A DNA stretch of 64,000 nt from Calcarisporiella thermophila CBS 279.70. Its lineage: Eukaryota > Fungi > Calcarisporiellomycota. Under the pieces are notes generated by a model. The model was not told the DNA's origin and searched no databases. It worked only from the letters and a program-made list of their open reading frames with translations. Each line of letters starts with the position of its first letter. The stretch's first letter is position 1. Positions 1 to 13,095 of the stretch are shown here, piece by piece. The stretch spans positions 211,036 to 275,035 of the forward strand of contig NW_027192208.1 in assembly GCF_041956535.1 (NCBI RefSeq), given 5' to 3'. The position numbers and the translations under genes are program-made.

Positions 1-1457
1 GCAAACATTTCGGGATTGTTTTTTGGACATGAAATATCCCACTCAAACTGATCCACGAGCGCAACATTGCCCACGGTGATGTCCAGCTATGAACACCGAA
101 AACGTGTAAAAAAAAAAAGGAAATAAAGATAGAAAAGTGCACCCCTTACCTTGATCAATATACGCAATTCTTCCGCGCGTATTCTCTTGGTAGGGCGTTC
201 GTCCGCCGACTTTTCGTGCTTCACCTCCGAATCACCCAGGTCCACTCCCTGCTCTGTATAGGCTTCTAGTTCCTCAACGGTAAAGCTGGGGGCATGGGTG
301 TGATAGTCTTGCACCTGTTCGTGAATTGACTTGGCAATGGCAGACGTGAAGCTCGAGGGTGGAAGCTTCATATCCTCGCAGAGGACTTCAGCAAAATGTT
401 CAGGAGTGACAAGGTTTTCTAAACAATAGTAAAAACGGGCCGGTTAACGGGGACTCTGACTCAAAACCGTAGAATGCTCTATAGGGGTACCATTTAAATT
501 CCATGTAAACGTGTCTCGCAGCTTATACCCATCGAACTCGAGTTCCAACCGTATTGGCACTAGATTCTCCTCCTTTAAGGAGAGTTCGCTCACCGCATCA
601 TCCGTAAACCTAAATTCTCGCGATCTTCGGGTCCGCTTCCTCTCCCCAGGGAGAATGATAGCAAATCGACGACCTGTGGTTCCATTGCCATATCCAGCAT
701 AGCCGTATCCAAACGGAAGCGCTCCAGGGAGAGCTCGCTCGTGTTTTTCCGCGTTGGCAATTTCAATTTCACGCTTCTTCTGGTTTGCAAGCTCGCAGAA
801 GCGCCGGTGTTGCTCGTCAAGTGTGTGCTGATAGAGAGAATCACGGCGCATATAAGCTTCAAGTTCGCGCTTTTGCATCGGGTTGAGTTCAGGTGTCTCA
901 GGCTGGGTAGTTTGCGCAGTGGCAGTAGGCGTAGAGGAGGAATGCTGCGATGGAGCCTGTGCCTCACTGGAATTAGCTGCCGGATCGGTAGAGGATGAAG
1001 AAGGTGATGGAGGGACCGAAGGTTTTGAAGTTTTAGGTATAAATGGACGTGAAAGCTGTTGGCCGGGTGAGGAAGGAGCATTGAGTTGTGTCTGTTGCGG
1101 TTGCTGTGGTGGCAGCCGTTGCTGGAATTTATGTGATGGAGGAGAATGTTGTTGCTGCTGCTGGTGTTGTTGCTGCTGCTGCTGGTGTTGTTGTTGTAAT
1201 TGTTGCTGCTGTAACAACTGGGATTGTTGTGTTTGTTGCATATTTAGAGTGGCGTTTTGTTGATGTGAAAGAGAAAAAGATTGCGACATGGAGAGACTCT
1301 TAGATGATGGTATAGAGGACTCCAAACCTGTGGAATTTTGTTGTGCCAGCTGCATTAATGGAAAACTTACTGCATTAGCATTGTTAGGTGCGATCGAGGG
1401 GAAAGAAGAAAGGAAGTTGTTCGGCTGCTGATGATTTGATTGCTGATGGTGATCCAT
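1..1457 (-). CDS. SNF5: SWI/SNF chromatin-remodelling subunit SNF5 (3' part runs off window start)
   Basis: ATG at 1457, Q-rich N-terminus, then SNF5 repeat motifs LVPIRLELEFDGYKLRDTFTWNLN / ENLVTPEHFAEVLCEDM / ELRILIKLDITVGNVALVDQFEWDI after removing GT-AG introns 419-490 and 87-149. Confidence 0.93.
1148..1218 (-). repeat. CAG/CAA poly-glutamine tract within SNF5
   Basis: tgc/tgt runs on + strand encode QQQQQLQQQHQQQQQQHQQQQQH. Confidence 0.85.
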
Positions 1458-1763
1458 GGTCAAATAAAAATATAAAAAACTATGGATCTAAGGTATATGA
1501 AGATCAGCGTAGATGTTAGTGATTTGGACACTGTGGCCGAGCAAATACCACTGACAGTGTTGAAAGAAAAGATCGATTGCAACCCCCTCGGAATTGATTA
1601 AGATCTATGAAAAAATAGCTTCTCTCTCGCTACGTGTACTGCGTCACCAGCCCTCGTCCAATAATCAAAATTCCCTAGGATTAGAAATCCCACAACTCCT
1701 AAGCCATGGAATTTCCCTCAAACTGATATAAAATGAAGCGTGTTGCGCGTGTCTAGATTCCTC

Positions 1764-1916
1764 ATACTTACCTGGGCAGAAGTCGATGTGGTCAAGACGG
1801 CGTCGGCTTCATCAGTGTCTGCTGACATTGCACAACCGTTCGGCGGACACTGGTGCGAACGCCCTCCGGGGCGTCTCGGTGCCATAATTTTTGTTAGTGG
1901 GGAGTTCTCTCCCCCG
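1764..1916 (+). ncRNA. U1: U1 spliceosomal snRNA
   Basis: 5' ATACTTACCTGG at 1764; stem-loop I gaagtcgatgt/ggcgtcggcttc; stem-loop II with ATTGCAC loop (U1A site); stem-loop III cgccc-tccg-gggcg; Sm site AATTTTTG 1886-1893; terminal hairpin ggggag-ttct-ctcccc; TATA-like gatataaaa ~35 nt upstream. 3' end approximate. Confidence 0.93.
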
Positions 1917-2377
1917 AAATCACTACTATAAAAGAAAAAGATAGAGAATAATCAATATTTATTTGATATTGATACTCTAAAGAAGGTCCGGTTTCTTTAG
2001 AAAAGTATTATTTTACGGAAACTCCTTCGTATAGTTTTATTTCCTCATGATCTATCGATTATGAATAAGCTTGTACAATTTGCTACCTCTATATTTATAT
2101 TTAATAGCACAGGAATGAATGGACTCACCAATATTAATGACTTTACGAAAACTGTTCTTTGTGGCGCAGCATAAATAGCTGAGAGGATTGTTTCCTGATT
2201 GGCTAGCTTTTCTCTCCTGAGGTTATTCAACCCTTTAGTTTGCTATGCTTCATATTTTATCTGAAAAAGTTAAATAAATTGTACGATTTTCTTTTCACTT
2301 TATCTCCTCTTCTATTCTGTAATATTGCCGAAGCTCAGTACTAATCTTAGATATCATTGTTTTTACGTATTACTTAA

Positions 2378-5300
2378 ATGACGAGCTTCGAAAACGATAC
2401 ATACCTTTCTCAGCTCCATCCTCCGGACCTGCATGGGTTACAAGATCTGCTCATGTGCGAGTCTTTTTTTGATGAGTTCACAACCGCCATTCGCCAAGAC
2501 GGGGCCATGGGCGGTGACGACGGGGAAATAAACAACCAGACTACCCCAGCAGAAAGTAGCCCGGATAGAAATTCAAGTTTACCGTCTGAAGATCCTATGT
2601 TGGCCACCGCACAGATATTTCTCGAATTCGATCCAGATAATGAGGTATTCATGTTTCTCCATGGAATCGGTCCAGATAATGTTGTCTAAATTTCTCTTAT
2701 AATAGAAAAAGGAAGCACTTTCTTCCTCTCCTCAGACCTTGTCCGAATCTATCAGTTCTTCACCCGATAACCATCTTATAACCCTTAATTCTCCCGAACA
2801 TGCTACAGACACACTTCATTTTCCTGTCTCACCAGTTTCGCCATCAGCTGCTCCTCATACATTCTCCGCCGATAATACCTTCCAGCAACTCATGTTTGAC
2901 AGCTTGCTTTCGAATCTCACCCTGCCTTCTCCCCCACCTCAACCACTTGAGATGACCTCCCCATCGCCCCATCAGCAAAACGAAACTGCGATACCAGGGG
3001 AGGGCACAGGAAGAGCGACCAAGCGGAAGAAGAATGACGGGCGTGCATCTGGCGTAAATCCAGCGGATGCAAAAACAAAGAAGCGAAAGCAGAAAAGTTC
3101 ACCCTCCAACTCAGCAAAGTCAAGCTCCACCTCCACCGTCAGCAAAAGCAATGCCAAAAAACAAACTGGCGCAAAGAAAAGAGCTTCTCTTACCGACCCG
3201 AATACCGGAGCTCTTGATGTACCAAACCCATCGCTCGGCATCAGTGCGCAGCATGAGTTTGCCCCTGCAATCAACCTCCCCACATCCACCGCTCTCTCCT
3301 CAGCTGGTCAATCCTCTGCAACTGAGCCCATGCTCAAGGCTCTGTTGATGCTAAATAATGGTATATGGCCTGCCCCTTCAGCTGATAGCAACCCAACGTC
3401 CCTCCCTCTTCTCCCCACCCCTACCAATCAAGCCCCCCCACAACCCAACAAAATTGCTATTCCACGCATTCGAAAACCCATCGCCCCGCCTCAACCTCAT
3501 CCTTCATTTACCCCACTCATGAAGCAGCAAAAAAAGGTGGCGCACAACGCAATTGAACGCCGCTATCGCAATAACATCAATGACCGTATCACGGATCTAA
3601 AGAATGCCGTTCCAGCGCTTTGTAATCTTCGTTCAAAAGATTCGGTGGAAGAAATCGATGGAGTGGTAGCAGCCACCAAGCTAAACAAGGCCACCATTCT
3701 TAGAAAAGCCACAGAATATATCCACTATTTGAGGAAAAGCAACGGTGAACTACGAGAAGAGGTGGATATGCTCCGTGGCGCATTGCGAACCCTACCGGGC
3801 GGGAAAGAGCTCTTAGAGAAGTGTTTGGCAGAGATGGAAATGAAAAGGCAGGCAAATATTGCTGCCTCCGCTGCGGCAGGAGAGATGGGCTCGACCGACG
3901 ACGATATCGGCTCGGACGAGGACATCCTCTCCGACCGTGAGTCTGTGTCTCCTTCTCCTTCGAGCATTAGCCCCTCCACCAGCGAGAAATCGGAGAGTGG
4001 ATCCTCGTCCAAATTGCTGCTTGCAGCGTTCCTTTCCGTTACCCTGTTCTATTCGCCCTCGATGATAGGTGAAAAAGGCGGAATTGGATCCGAACACCCT
4101 CATCACCACGACGAGAAGGCAATTGGTGGAGGATCTTACCTGAGTGGAGGCAGTGGGATGGACGTAACTTGGGGATGGTGGTTGGCGAGAGCATGCTTTT
4201 TCCTAGTGTGCCTCTTATATCTATCGCGATACGGGAGCAGTTCATCTTCTACTCGTCGACACCGCCGTCGGACCGAAGAACACCACGCCCATGGCACAAA
4301 ATCTCAAGGAAAGCGGGCACCCAAAATAGCCGGTTTACCCCCGCGACAAGTGTACAGCACATTAATGGACTCTTTACAGATACCCCACTCTACTTCACAA
4401 CAATCATGGCGCCTCGTTCTGGGAATATTTCTGGAAGGCTCTAGATTTCTTTTGCGGCGCTGCTTTTCTGTAGACTTTGCCCCGTGGGAGAAAGAGCCTA
4501 ATGAGGCGGTTGCAGCGGGGCGCTGGCTCCGCATTAGCGAGGCAGAACTCTGCGGAGGCAATCCAAATGTAACACGACTCTCTGTACTATATTCGGCATT
4601 ACGTACTCTAAACCTGGCGGAGCTAGTATCCTCCGATCGAGACCAGATTTCGAGCTCGCTCGCTAGAGTGTATGCCACAGTAGCAATGCAAATAGAAATT
4701 GCCGTCCCGGTTGCGAACCTTGCACGCAGCCTTGCGCAATATTTCTGGCAATCGGCCGTCAATACGTTACCAAAGCAGGCTATGCTCGAGGCTGATGAGG
4801 GCAATCTTGGGCTGAAATGGTTCAAGGGAATCATCTCGGAAGAAACCATGAGGGACGAGCAAGAGGCTGCGCATGAGGGCACGAACGAGAGTAGAAATGA
4901 GTGTGGGAAGAAGGGCTCGGAGGGATTAGTCGGCAGTATTATGTGGGAAGAGGCCCTTTATACGTTTAAGCACACTTCCGGCCTAATTTCTACGCTCGAG
5001 GAGCCTTTGCTGACGCATGATGATGATGATGAGGCCAAGTTGCCCCCATGGAACCGACCCAACAGCTCAACCATCCCCCTTGCTTTGCTTGCCAATCTCC
5101 ACGCCCTGCATAAACTTCGTGGTGTGTACATGAGATTGCTCTCTACGATAGGCTCCACCCCCAAAATTGTTGGCTCAGATGAGGCCGATATGTCCGAGCA
5201 GCATCTGGTTGATGAAGAAAACATGCTCTCCTCGATTATGCACACAACCGATCCATTCTCAACCGCATACTGGTATGCTCTAGTGGCAGCCGCCGTCGAG

Positions 5301-6269
5301 GCCTACCATTTCGGTCATCTCGAAATGGGTGAATCCCTCATTTTACGGCTTAAGGAGATTGAGCCGCGTCACCACCCCCATTGTTCACAGCAGGGTGGGG
5401 CGGAAAAACACAATCCACACGAGAGCATTGCAGGGCTTGAGTGCGCTCATTCAGATATGACTAAGCAGATTATTGCATTCACATTTGTCGGAATAGCATT
5501 GTTGAGGCGGGGGAAGCCACAGGAAGCATTACGAGTGCTGGCGAAGTCAAGAACAGTCGCGGAGCAAAGAAGGAATATAGAGGTCCAGCTTCTTGTGCTT
5601 ACCGGCGAGATAGAGGATGAGATCTCTTTGCTGCAGGATCGACCGGTAGGAGGTGAGATAGATGCGGCGAGGGAAGAGGAGGAGGATCTATTCAACCAGG
5701 ATGCGGATTATGGCGAGGAAAGCGTCGACGATATATTTGCCCCTCGAAAATCCAAATCCAGCACAATGGACGAGCGAAAAGAAGCGTGTAGGGAGAAGAC
5801 ATGCTCCCCTCTGAGAGAGCTAGAGCGCGAGGTGGAGACCATTGCCGATTTTCTCGTGGGCATGTGGGGTTTCGAGGCCTGGATTGATCTATCGCGGGCC
5901 ATGCCCATCTCTCCCTCTGTCGCCTCTCCTTCAGCCACAACCGGATCCTCAGAGGGGCCGACTCTTCCCCCTACCCCGCCCAGTATCTCCCAGCCCGAGT
6001 TCACCAGCATTCTTGCCTCCTATCTTCTCTATCTCCGCCGGCTCATCTCGCATCCTCCCCTCGTTTCCCATAGCACGGTTGGCGAGATGCTTGAACGACT
6101 TTGCCGAGTCAATCGGATAATTCGAGAGGCTGGGGGTGACGGGGCGGATTCCGGTTGTGAGTGTTGCGAGGAAGATAGTGTAGTCGTAGAGCCCGGACGT
6201 CCACACGAGAGTGAGCAAAAATTGCGGAATGTGGAGAGGGCATGGAGGGTGCTTAAGGGAGTTTGCTAA
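2378..6269 (+). CDS. SREBP: SREBP-family membrane-bound bHLH transcription factor, copy A
   Basis: Exon 1 2378-2644 + 61-nt GT-AG intron 2645-2705 joins in frame to ORF ending 6269. bHLH KKVAHNAIERRYRNNINDRI with the SREBP-diagnostic Tyr; two TM segments (LLLAAFLSVTLFYSP; WWLARACFFLVCLLYL); long C-terminal regulatory domain (ALRTLNLAE). Confidence 0.92.
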
Positions 6270-6496
6270 TCCACTTTAGTGTTTGTAATTTACATGTCAT
6301 TTCAAATATCAACATTTTTTAATTTTTATTATAACCTAATAACAAAAAACTATTTAAAATGGCCGGTGGAAAAAAAAAGAAAGTAAGAAAACTATCTCAA
6401 CATAATATAACAACTCTTTTGAAACAAAAGAAATAATTTTAAACAGCAAAGGGAAAAAGAGATGAGTGCATATGTCATAGTGATAGGCAGCGGAAT

Positions 6497-6700
6497 TTAA
6501 CTAGCTTCGTTAAGCCTCATTAGCGTCATCACGGCATCCACGTCCATGGTCGTACGGCCTTTCTCTTTGACCTTGTCTGCGTCTTTCTTTTCAACCCCCG
6601 TATCACCTTCACCGCGCTCAGCGGCCGGCGTCGTGGTCCCAGATGGAGATGACGGAGACGAGGAGGAGGACGAGGAGGCCTGGTTAGTATTTTCTCCTCC

Positions 6701-6736
<36 letters not shown>

Positions 6737-7500
6737 TGGCTGCTCCCCCACGGTCTGGATCTGCCCATGATGACCTCTTTCCGAAACGTACGCATTTGCA
6801 GCCGCCGCCAGGGCCGCAACCATCAAGCGATCTCCACTCTGCCCTGCCACTTGAGCCAAATGATGTAGCCGCGCTACTAGAGCACTTGAGTCAGCATGCT
6901 GCCCCTGAAGCTGCGAGTCCTCCTTTGCTTCTGTGCCAGAGAGGTTGCCATTGTCCACGTTTGCTGGACCTTCGTTTAGAAGTTCTTTTAACAGCCCGGG
7001 TGTGAAGCCATGCTTTGAAGAGGCTGTGTGCTCGCCCGTTCCCGAGGCATTGAACGGTGACGAGACATTGTATGAGGATTCGATGGCGTTTTGCACATGT
7101 GTGGAATTATCGGCCATACTGGCCGCGGAGTTGCCGCCTTGTGTTGTGGCAACTCCAGCAATCGCCTTTTTACGCAGTTCCTTCTCTTGCCTCTTCATTC
7201 GGCGCTTGTTGTACTCTGCTTCAACCCACCGTCGCTTCTCTTCCGTTTCTTCCACACCAAAAATCTTGTTTGCTCGCTTATTGACACGACAGCGAAGGTC
7301 ATTGTCCTTATCTATCCAAATAGGTGGAGAAATGAGGCATGAATGGTTAGAGAATGGAAAGGATGACACCCACTTCGCTCCTCGTTTAATTCTCGCCAGC
7401 GTTTTTTCCGCTCCCTATTATCCTGACGTATCTTCTCGACGTCCACCGGCCTCTTCTGCTTATGCACCATGGCCGGAATGTCATTCACTTGGATGGGCAT
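6497..7500 (-). CDS. DUF3020-type fungal basic-domain protein
   Basis: ATG 7500; intron 7312-7373 joins KIRQDNRERKKRWRELNEER to NKDNDLRCRVNKRANKIFG, the characteristic DUF3020 motif; poly-Q and poly-S tail. Confidence 0.8.
6703..6738 (-). repeat. (CAG)n microsatellite / poly-Q in DUF3020 gene
   Basis: Tandem tgc/tgt units encoding Q12. Confidence 0.85.
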
Positions 7501-8097
7501 GGGTGAGTTTGAAAATGATAAGTGATAAAAAAGGAAAGCGGAGAGAAGGTAGGGAGAAAAAAAAAATCCGGAAATGTGAAATAAAAAAACTGAAAAGTAT
7601 TTAATGGACAGATATATCGAATGGAAAACCAAAAGAAATGGGTGAGAAATCCTCTTCCTCACATCAATATACACTCCCTCTTTCTTGCGGACCCTACTCA
7701 AGAAAAGAAAGGTTGAGCTGCAAAGTTATAACTAGTCGATGGGAATCAATGGTTTAGCCATGATTTTCATCTTAACAGGAGGATAAGCATACCCTTGTAT
7801 GGAATTGAGAGCAAAAGCAATCCTTATCTCTTCGAGGCGCTGCGGTTCCTGTGCGCACGATGTAAGCTGGTGAAGAAAATGAGTATTTCGGAGGAAAAGC
7901 AGGACAAAATGAGACTGCTGACGGACTGCTTCAACAGAAAAAGAAGTCAAAATATGATGACGTCGTCAATCGCCAACAATTAGATTTTGTGTGACTGGCG
8001 GGCGCCATTTATGTGGTTTTAGGGCATTTCTCGTTTTCTCTTGGCTCTCCTGCATTTCCGTTAGATTCACAAATATACTTACGCGCTCGTGATTGTC

Positions 8098-9432
8098 ATG
8101 CGATTTTCTATCCTACCCCTTGCTCTCGCCACCGTGTTCGTGGCGGTAGCAAATGCCGATCCATTCAAGTAAGATTACAGCCTTATCATTTGTGACTAAT
8201 ATACTTATGGTTTACCTCCGATGATTCCCCCTTATAGGATATCCCTCAAGAAATTCAAGGAGGATCCGACCCAATATACTCGGCGCCTCTCCTACACGGC
8301 TGAATACCTCACTCAGAAGTATATTAGCCCTATCCGGCAGTCGACCATCCAGCAAGTGTATGTTCCTGCTTCGGTGCCCGAGCATGGCGTTCCTCTCTCC
8401 AATTACTTGAACGCTCAGGTAGGTATAGTTAAGTTTCTCCTGGCGCTTCTCTCCTACTCACATTTGTTTCCTATGGGATAGTATTATGGAGAAATCTCCC
8501 TCGGTACCCCCCCGCAAACTTTTACCGTTGTGTTTGACACCGGCTCCTCCAACCTCTGGGTTCCCTCGACACACTGCAACTCCTTGGCGTGTCTTCTCCA
8601 TCGCCGCTACGATGGATCGCAGTCAACCACCTTCAAAGAGAATGGCACTGAATTTGCCATTCAGTACGGCACAGGCTCGCTAGAGGGCATCATCTCGAAT
8701 GATGTGCTGAAGGTCGGAGATATTGAGGTGAAAGGGCAAGATTTTGGAGAGTCTACCAAAGAACCCGGCCTGACCTTTGCTTTTGGAAAATTCGACGGAA
8801 TTTTTGGGCTCGGGTATGACCGTATTGCTGTGCAGCACGTGGTGCCTCCATTCTACAAAATGCTGGAGCAGAAGCTCTTGGACGAGCCGATCTTCTCCGT
8901 CTGGCTAAACGGAGGCGCAGAGGGCGAGGACAGCAATGGAGGAGAGTTAGTGTTTGGCGGCACGGATCCCGCACACTACTCCGGCGACATCCACTGGGCT
9001 CCTGTGCGCCGCAAGGGGTATTGGGAGGTGGAGCTCGAGGGGGTCCGATTTGGCGACGAAAAGATCGATCTTGAACCGACGGGGGCCGCCATCGATACTG
9101 GCTCGTCACTCCTTGCCATGCCCTCAGTCCTCGCCGGACTGCTTAACAGTGCCATTGGAGCCAAGCGAACGTGGTCGGGGCAGTACACCATTGACTGCGA
9201 GCGTGTCTCTTCGCTTCCCGAGCTTTGCCTTACCTTCAACGGGAAAGAGTTCTGCCTCCGTGGCGAGGACTACATCCTCCAGGTGCAGAAGCAATGCATC
9301 AGTGGGTTCACCGGGTTGGATATCCCCCCCCCCATGGGCCCGATTTTCATCGTAGGAGACGTATTCCTCCGCAAATTCTATACCATCTATGATCTCGGGA
9401 AAGATCGTGTTGGATTTGCCACCTCGAAATAG
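8098..9432 (+). CDS. PEP4: Vacuolar aspartic protease (proteinase A / cathepsin D-like)
   Basis: Signal peptide MRFSILPLALATVFVAVANA; introns 8169-8237 and 8419-8481; [20 protein letters not shown], two catalytic DTGS motifs, FIVGDVFLRKFYTIYD. Confidence 0.95.
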
Positions 9433-10198
9433 ACCTTGCTCGATCCCTGACATATAAGAGTCCTCCCTATGCATATTTGGCTTTAATTTTTTTAGGGAGC
9501 ACATGTTGTTCCCGGTTAGATAGGCAAACTTTAATTCAGTGTCAATCTTCTCCTATATCAGCACGATCAGTTTAATTTATATACACAATATATATTACCA
9601 ACTCTTTATGTTGTATGGTTCAATAGCACTGAGGAACTTGATAAGAGATTCCACGACTCTATATTCTGTTATTCTATTTGGTATGGTTCATAAATAAATC
9701 TGTTTATTTATTTGCTGTTCTTTGCTTAAAAAACTACGCTATGTCGGAATGGCCCACCACTTAAGGGCGATGGATTAAAACTCATGCATGTAGCTACCTA
9801 TTTTGTAGGATAGCATAGTTAGTTCTACTCTTAGACCCAAATTAAGCTTAGCAACGTCAATAGCAGATCCGAGAGGGGTGATAATAAAGAGTGATGGCAT
9901 AGGCGGTCGGGTTGAGTTAAATCACATTAGCACGGTTAGGCGAGCGTTCTCTCTTTAACATTTCTTTCAATAATTCCATTTTCACTCAGCGAAAGTGTAA
10001 AAAATAAAAAAAAATTAAAAAATATTTATTCAGTGCATATCGAATGACATTTAGTGAGTGGGACATTAGTGTATTAGAAGATTAGTGTGTATAGTATTCA
10101 TAAGAAGGATAAAGTATGCTTGGAAACCATGTGGGTATGAGACAATTAGTATATAGATGGTGGCAGCTATTGTAACAACAGAATTTACGTCCCAACAT

Positions 10199-13095
10199 TC
10201 AAATTCTACTAAACATGATGCGCAATTTAATGTCACCGGTCCCGGCAACCACGTGTCGGAATTTGGAGTTTGGCTGGTTAAAGGGTGGGGCGGGATTGGA
10301 AGTGGGACCGAACGAAGAGTGCGGAGAGGTCGAGATCGAAGGTGTATCTGGGGATTCAACTATGGTGGTGGCGCTGGCTGTATTGGCGGTTCCCGGGCTG
10401 CTTCCATTGGAGTAGAGCGAGTGATGAGGGGAGTCTGAATTTTCTCTGCGGTTTCCCTCTGCCTCGGGGAGCCCGGCGATCCCTATGCTCCCATCTGCCT
10501 GCAGCACCGCCAGGATCGAGGTCCGCGCCCCTGGTCTATTAATATCGCCTCTAAGATTGGAAGGAGCAACAGGCGGAGCTGGAAGAGGAGATTCCACAAC
10601 ATGATTTGTTCGTGACCGCCGCTCTGCCTCGGGCAAAGAAGGGGTAGATATCTTCTCATCCAACTGCTTCTCCGAACGACGGGCTCGCTTAATTCTGCAG
10701 AGCGGCCGCGTAAATTCCCAGATACGCCCGGCCTTTTCTGGTTGGCAATATCGGCGGCCATGCACGCGGATTTCGCCGAGGAGCTCGTCAGGGAGGAGAA
10801 GGCGCTGGCGGAAGCACTGGATGACAACGCCGATTTTCTCGGGGTGCCTTGCATAAAACAGGTAATCCACGTCGTAAAAGGGCTGCGCGGTGTTGCGACA
10901 CTTGGGCGTGATAAACTCCTCGACGATATTGCCGGTGCGGGCGTGCACAAATATCAGCCGGCAATAAGTATCGAACCCATCGGCCACCATCTTCCCACCC
11001 GCTCTCTGGGATCTCTCGTTAAGTTGGAGGCTGTCGCTCTGGAGGGTAGAGGTGCCGTTTGTAGATTTTGGTGATTCCTTGATCGGCCGTTCTTTGATTC
11101 CGCGTGGTAGTTTGAGCCTCGCGCTCACGATCGACACCCGGAAGGACCCGCGATAGTAGTCCTTTCCTCCATATAACCACCTCGGGTACCACCAGGGACT
11201 TGGCATCGCAACCTGCTCCAGCTCCTTCACTTTACTCTTTTCCGATGAGAAGTATATTCGCAGGTAGAACTCTCCCTCCTCGTTTGGCTGGAAAGTAGAG
11301 GGGACGATCACAAACCGGCCGGCCGGGAGCAGGAACCTCGCCGATACCTCGCATGCATCCGTGAAGGTCACCTTCCCCACCACATCGTACCGTGGGTTAG
11401 TAATGCGCTGTTTACGATTCATCTCCACACGTAGCACTACAAACCCGATGGTAAGGTTGTTGCGGGTGTTGAGGATGGGGTGAAGTTCGCGACGCCGATC
11501 ACGCTGCATCAGCGAGATGAGGATATAGGATTCTTCGCGAAGTGTGAAGATATACTGATGATTCAGATGGAAGGTCCCAAGATGATTGATGCAACCCCCG
11601 GTGGTGTTGGCCACTTTGGACCAAAGGCCACGAAATGCAAACGCTCTCCACCGTATTTTGCCAAGGCCGAAGGGGGATGTATTCAACTCGCGAGCAATAA
11701 TGAGATGAGTGAACTGCGCGCAAAAATCGTCAAATGACTGGTAAAAAAAAAGATAACGGCCCGTTAAAGTAGGAATACACTCCACAAAGTGGGATCCAAT
11801 GTCTCCTACCATCCAAAAGTCGCCATTGTCGCCCGATTTCGCGCCCCACTTGCGACGCTTGGCCTTGCTCAGAAGTTTCCACTCTTCAGAGTTATCCGCC
11901 CAAGCTCCATTCCATTCACGCATGCCCCACGGATTATGCAAGCGAACTAGACATATATCCCGTTTCTTCCATGGAGCGTACCAGGGTGTGCCAATGTGTC
12001 GTAGATCTGTAATGCTATAAGAGTGCTGTGGGCACAAAAAGTACATGCATTAAAATTATAGCACCATGATCCCATGAATTTAGGTTGATCTGCTAATCAG
12101 AGAGTTACCCCAATAATTAATCCGTTTGGAAGGGTTTCGTCTATTAAGTCATGTAGGGATGCCCTATTTCCGGTTTTCTGCAGATGCTCGGGGGATATAC
12201 AGGAGCTCATCAATGCGCTGGCGCGATGAGCCTTTTTTAGATGTTTAAACAACTCTCCATTCGTGGCGCGCATTTTGATATGCGGCCCAAACATCTCGAT
12301 GGTCTCGGAGACCCGGCCGGTAAATTCGATGAACGCCATCGAGGCGCTCCCTGTTTCCAGGGACTCATAGGATCCACATAGTTTGGCGTAGGCCTTCTCT
12401 AGTAGGGAGGGCCAAAATTCACGCGGATTCGATGAGCGCGCATACACGAGCTGCCCGTCGCAAGTGGGGAGATAGTCATCGACCACTACCTCTACCCATT
12501 CTCCGAAATGATAGAAGCGAAATCGAAATACGCCTACCATCACAGTTTGCGAATTAAAACCCATAATCCTCGTCAATGAGAAACTCAAATCAAAGAGATA
12601 CCTGGATGCTCATCCAGCGTGCGGTATCTCTCCTCCCCAATTATCGTCTGCGGAAACTCAAGATTGTACTCCCAACCCTGTTGTCGCCAGTAGGGAACAA
12701 CCTTGTCCACCAGAGGCGGATGAATGCGCAGCACCGTCATTCCGGCAATAAGCCAGCAGTTGCCAACAGCGCCCTGTATCACATCATTGCCGATAGTGCC
12801 GTCCTCCTTGAGCTGAACCAAGATGGGATTTGGACATATATCCTGTTCCAGAACCAATAATGCCAACATTAAACCATGGAGAGAGTCAAGCGAGCTGGAA
12901 AGCAGCAGGGAGACGGATGAAGATGCTCACCTTGATTCTCTTCCACTCGATGTTCCCCTCTCCCAGCTCAGGCAATCGCGTTCCAAGCGAGAGGGCCCCA
13001 GGTGGGAAACGTTCGTCAATGAAGTGAGCGCCCTTCTTTGTATATGCTCTGAAAATGGAGTGGTAATCTTGTTGGTATAGCTGCCGGGTTGGCAT
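10199..13095 (-). CDS. Calpain-family cysteine protease, CysPc + domain III + C2 (TRA-3/calpain-5-like architecture)
   Basis: ATG 13095; introns 12843-12930, 12534-12601, 12026-12108, 11738-11809. Catalytic triad QGAVGNCW, GHSYSIT, LHNPWG; WVEVVVDDYLP, EFWPSLLEKAYAKL; domain III TTGGCINH...FVIVPSTFQPNEEGEFYLRI; C2-like RVSIVSA...DTYCRL...TAQPFYD...DELLGEIRV. Confidence 0.9.

Noticed and set aside
1740-1931. 63-aa ORF
   Set aside because: Coincides with the U1 snRNA gene; GTG start, no coding features.
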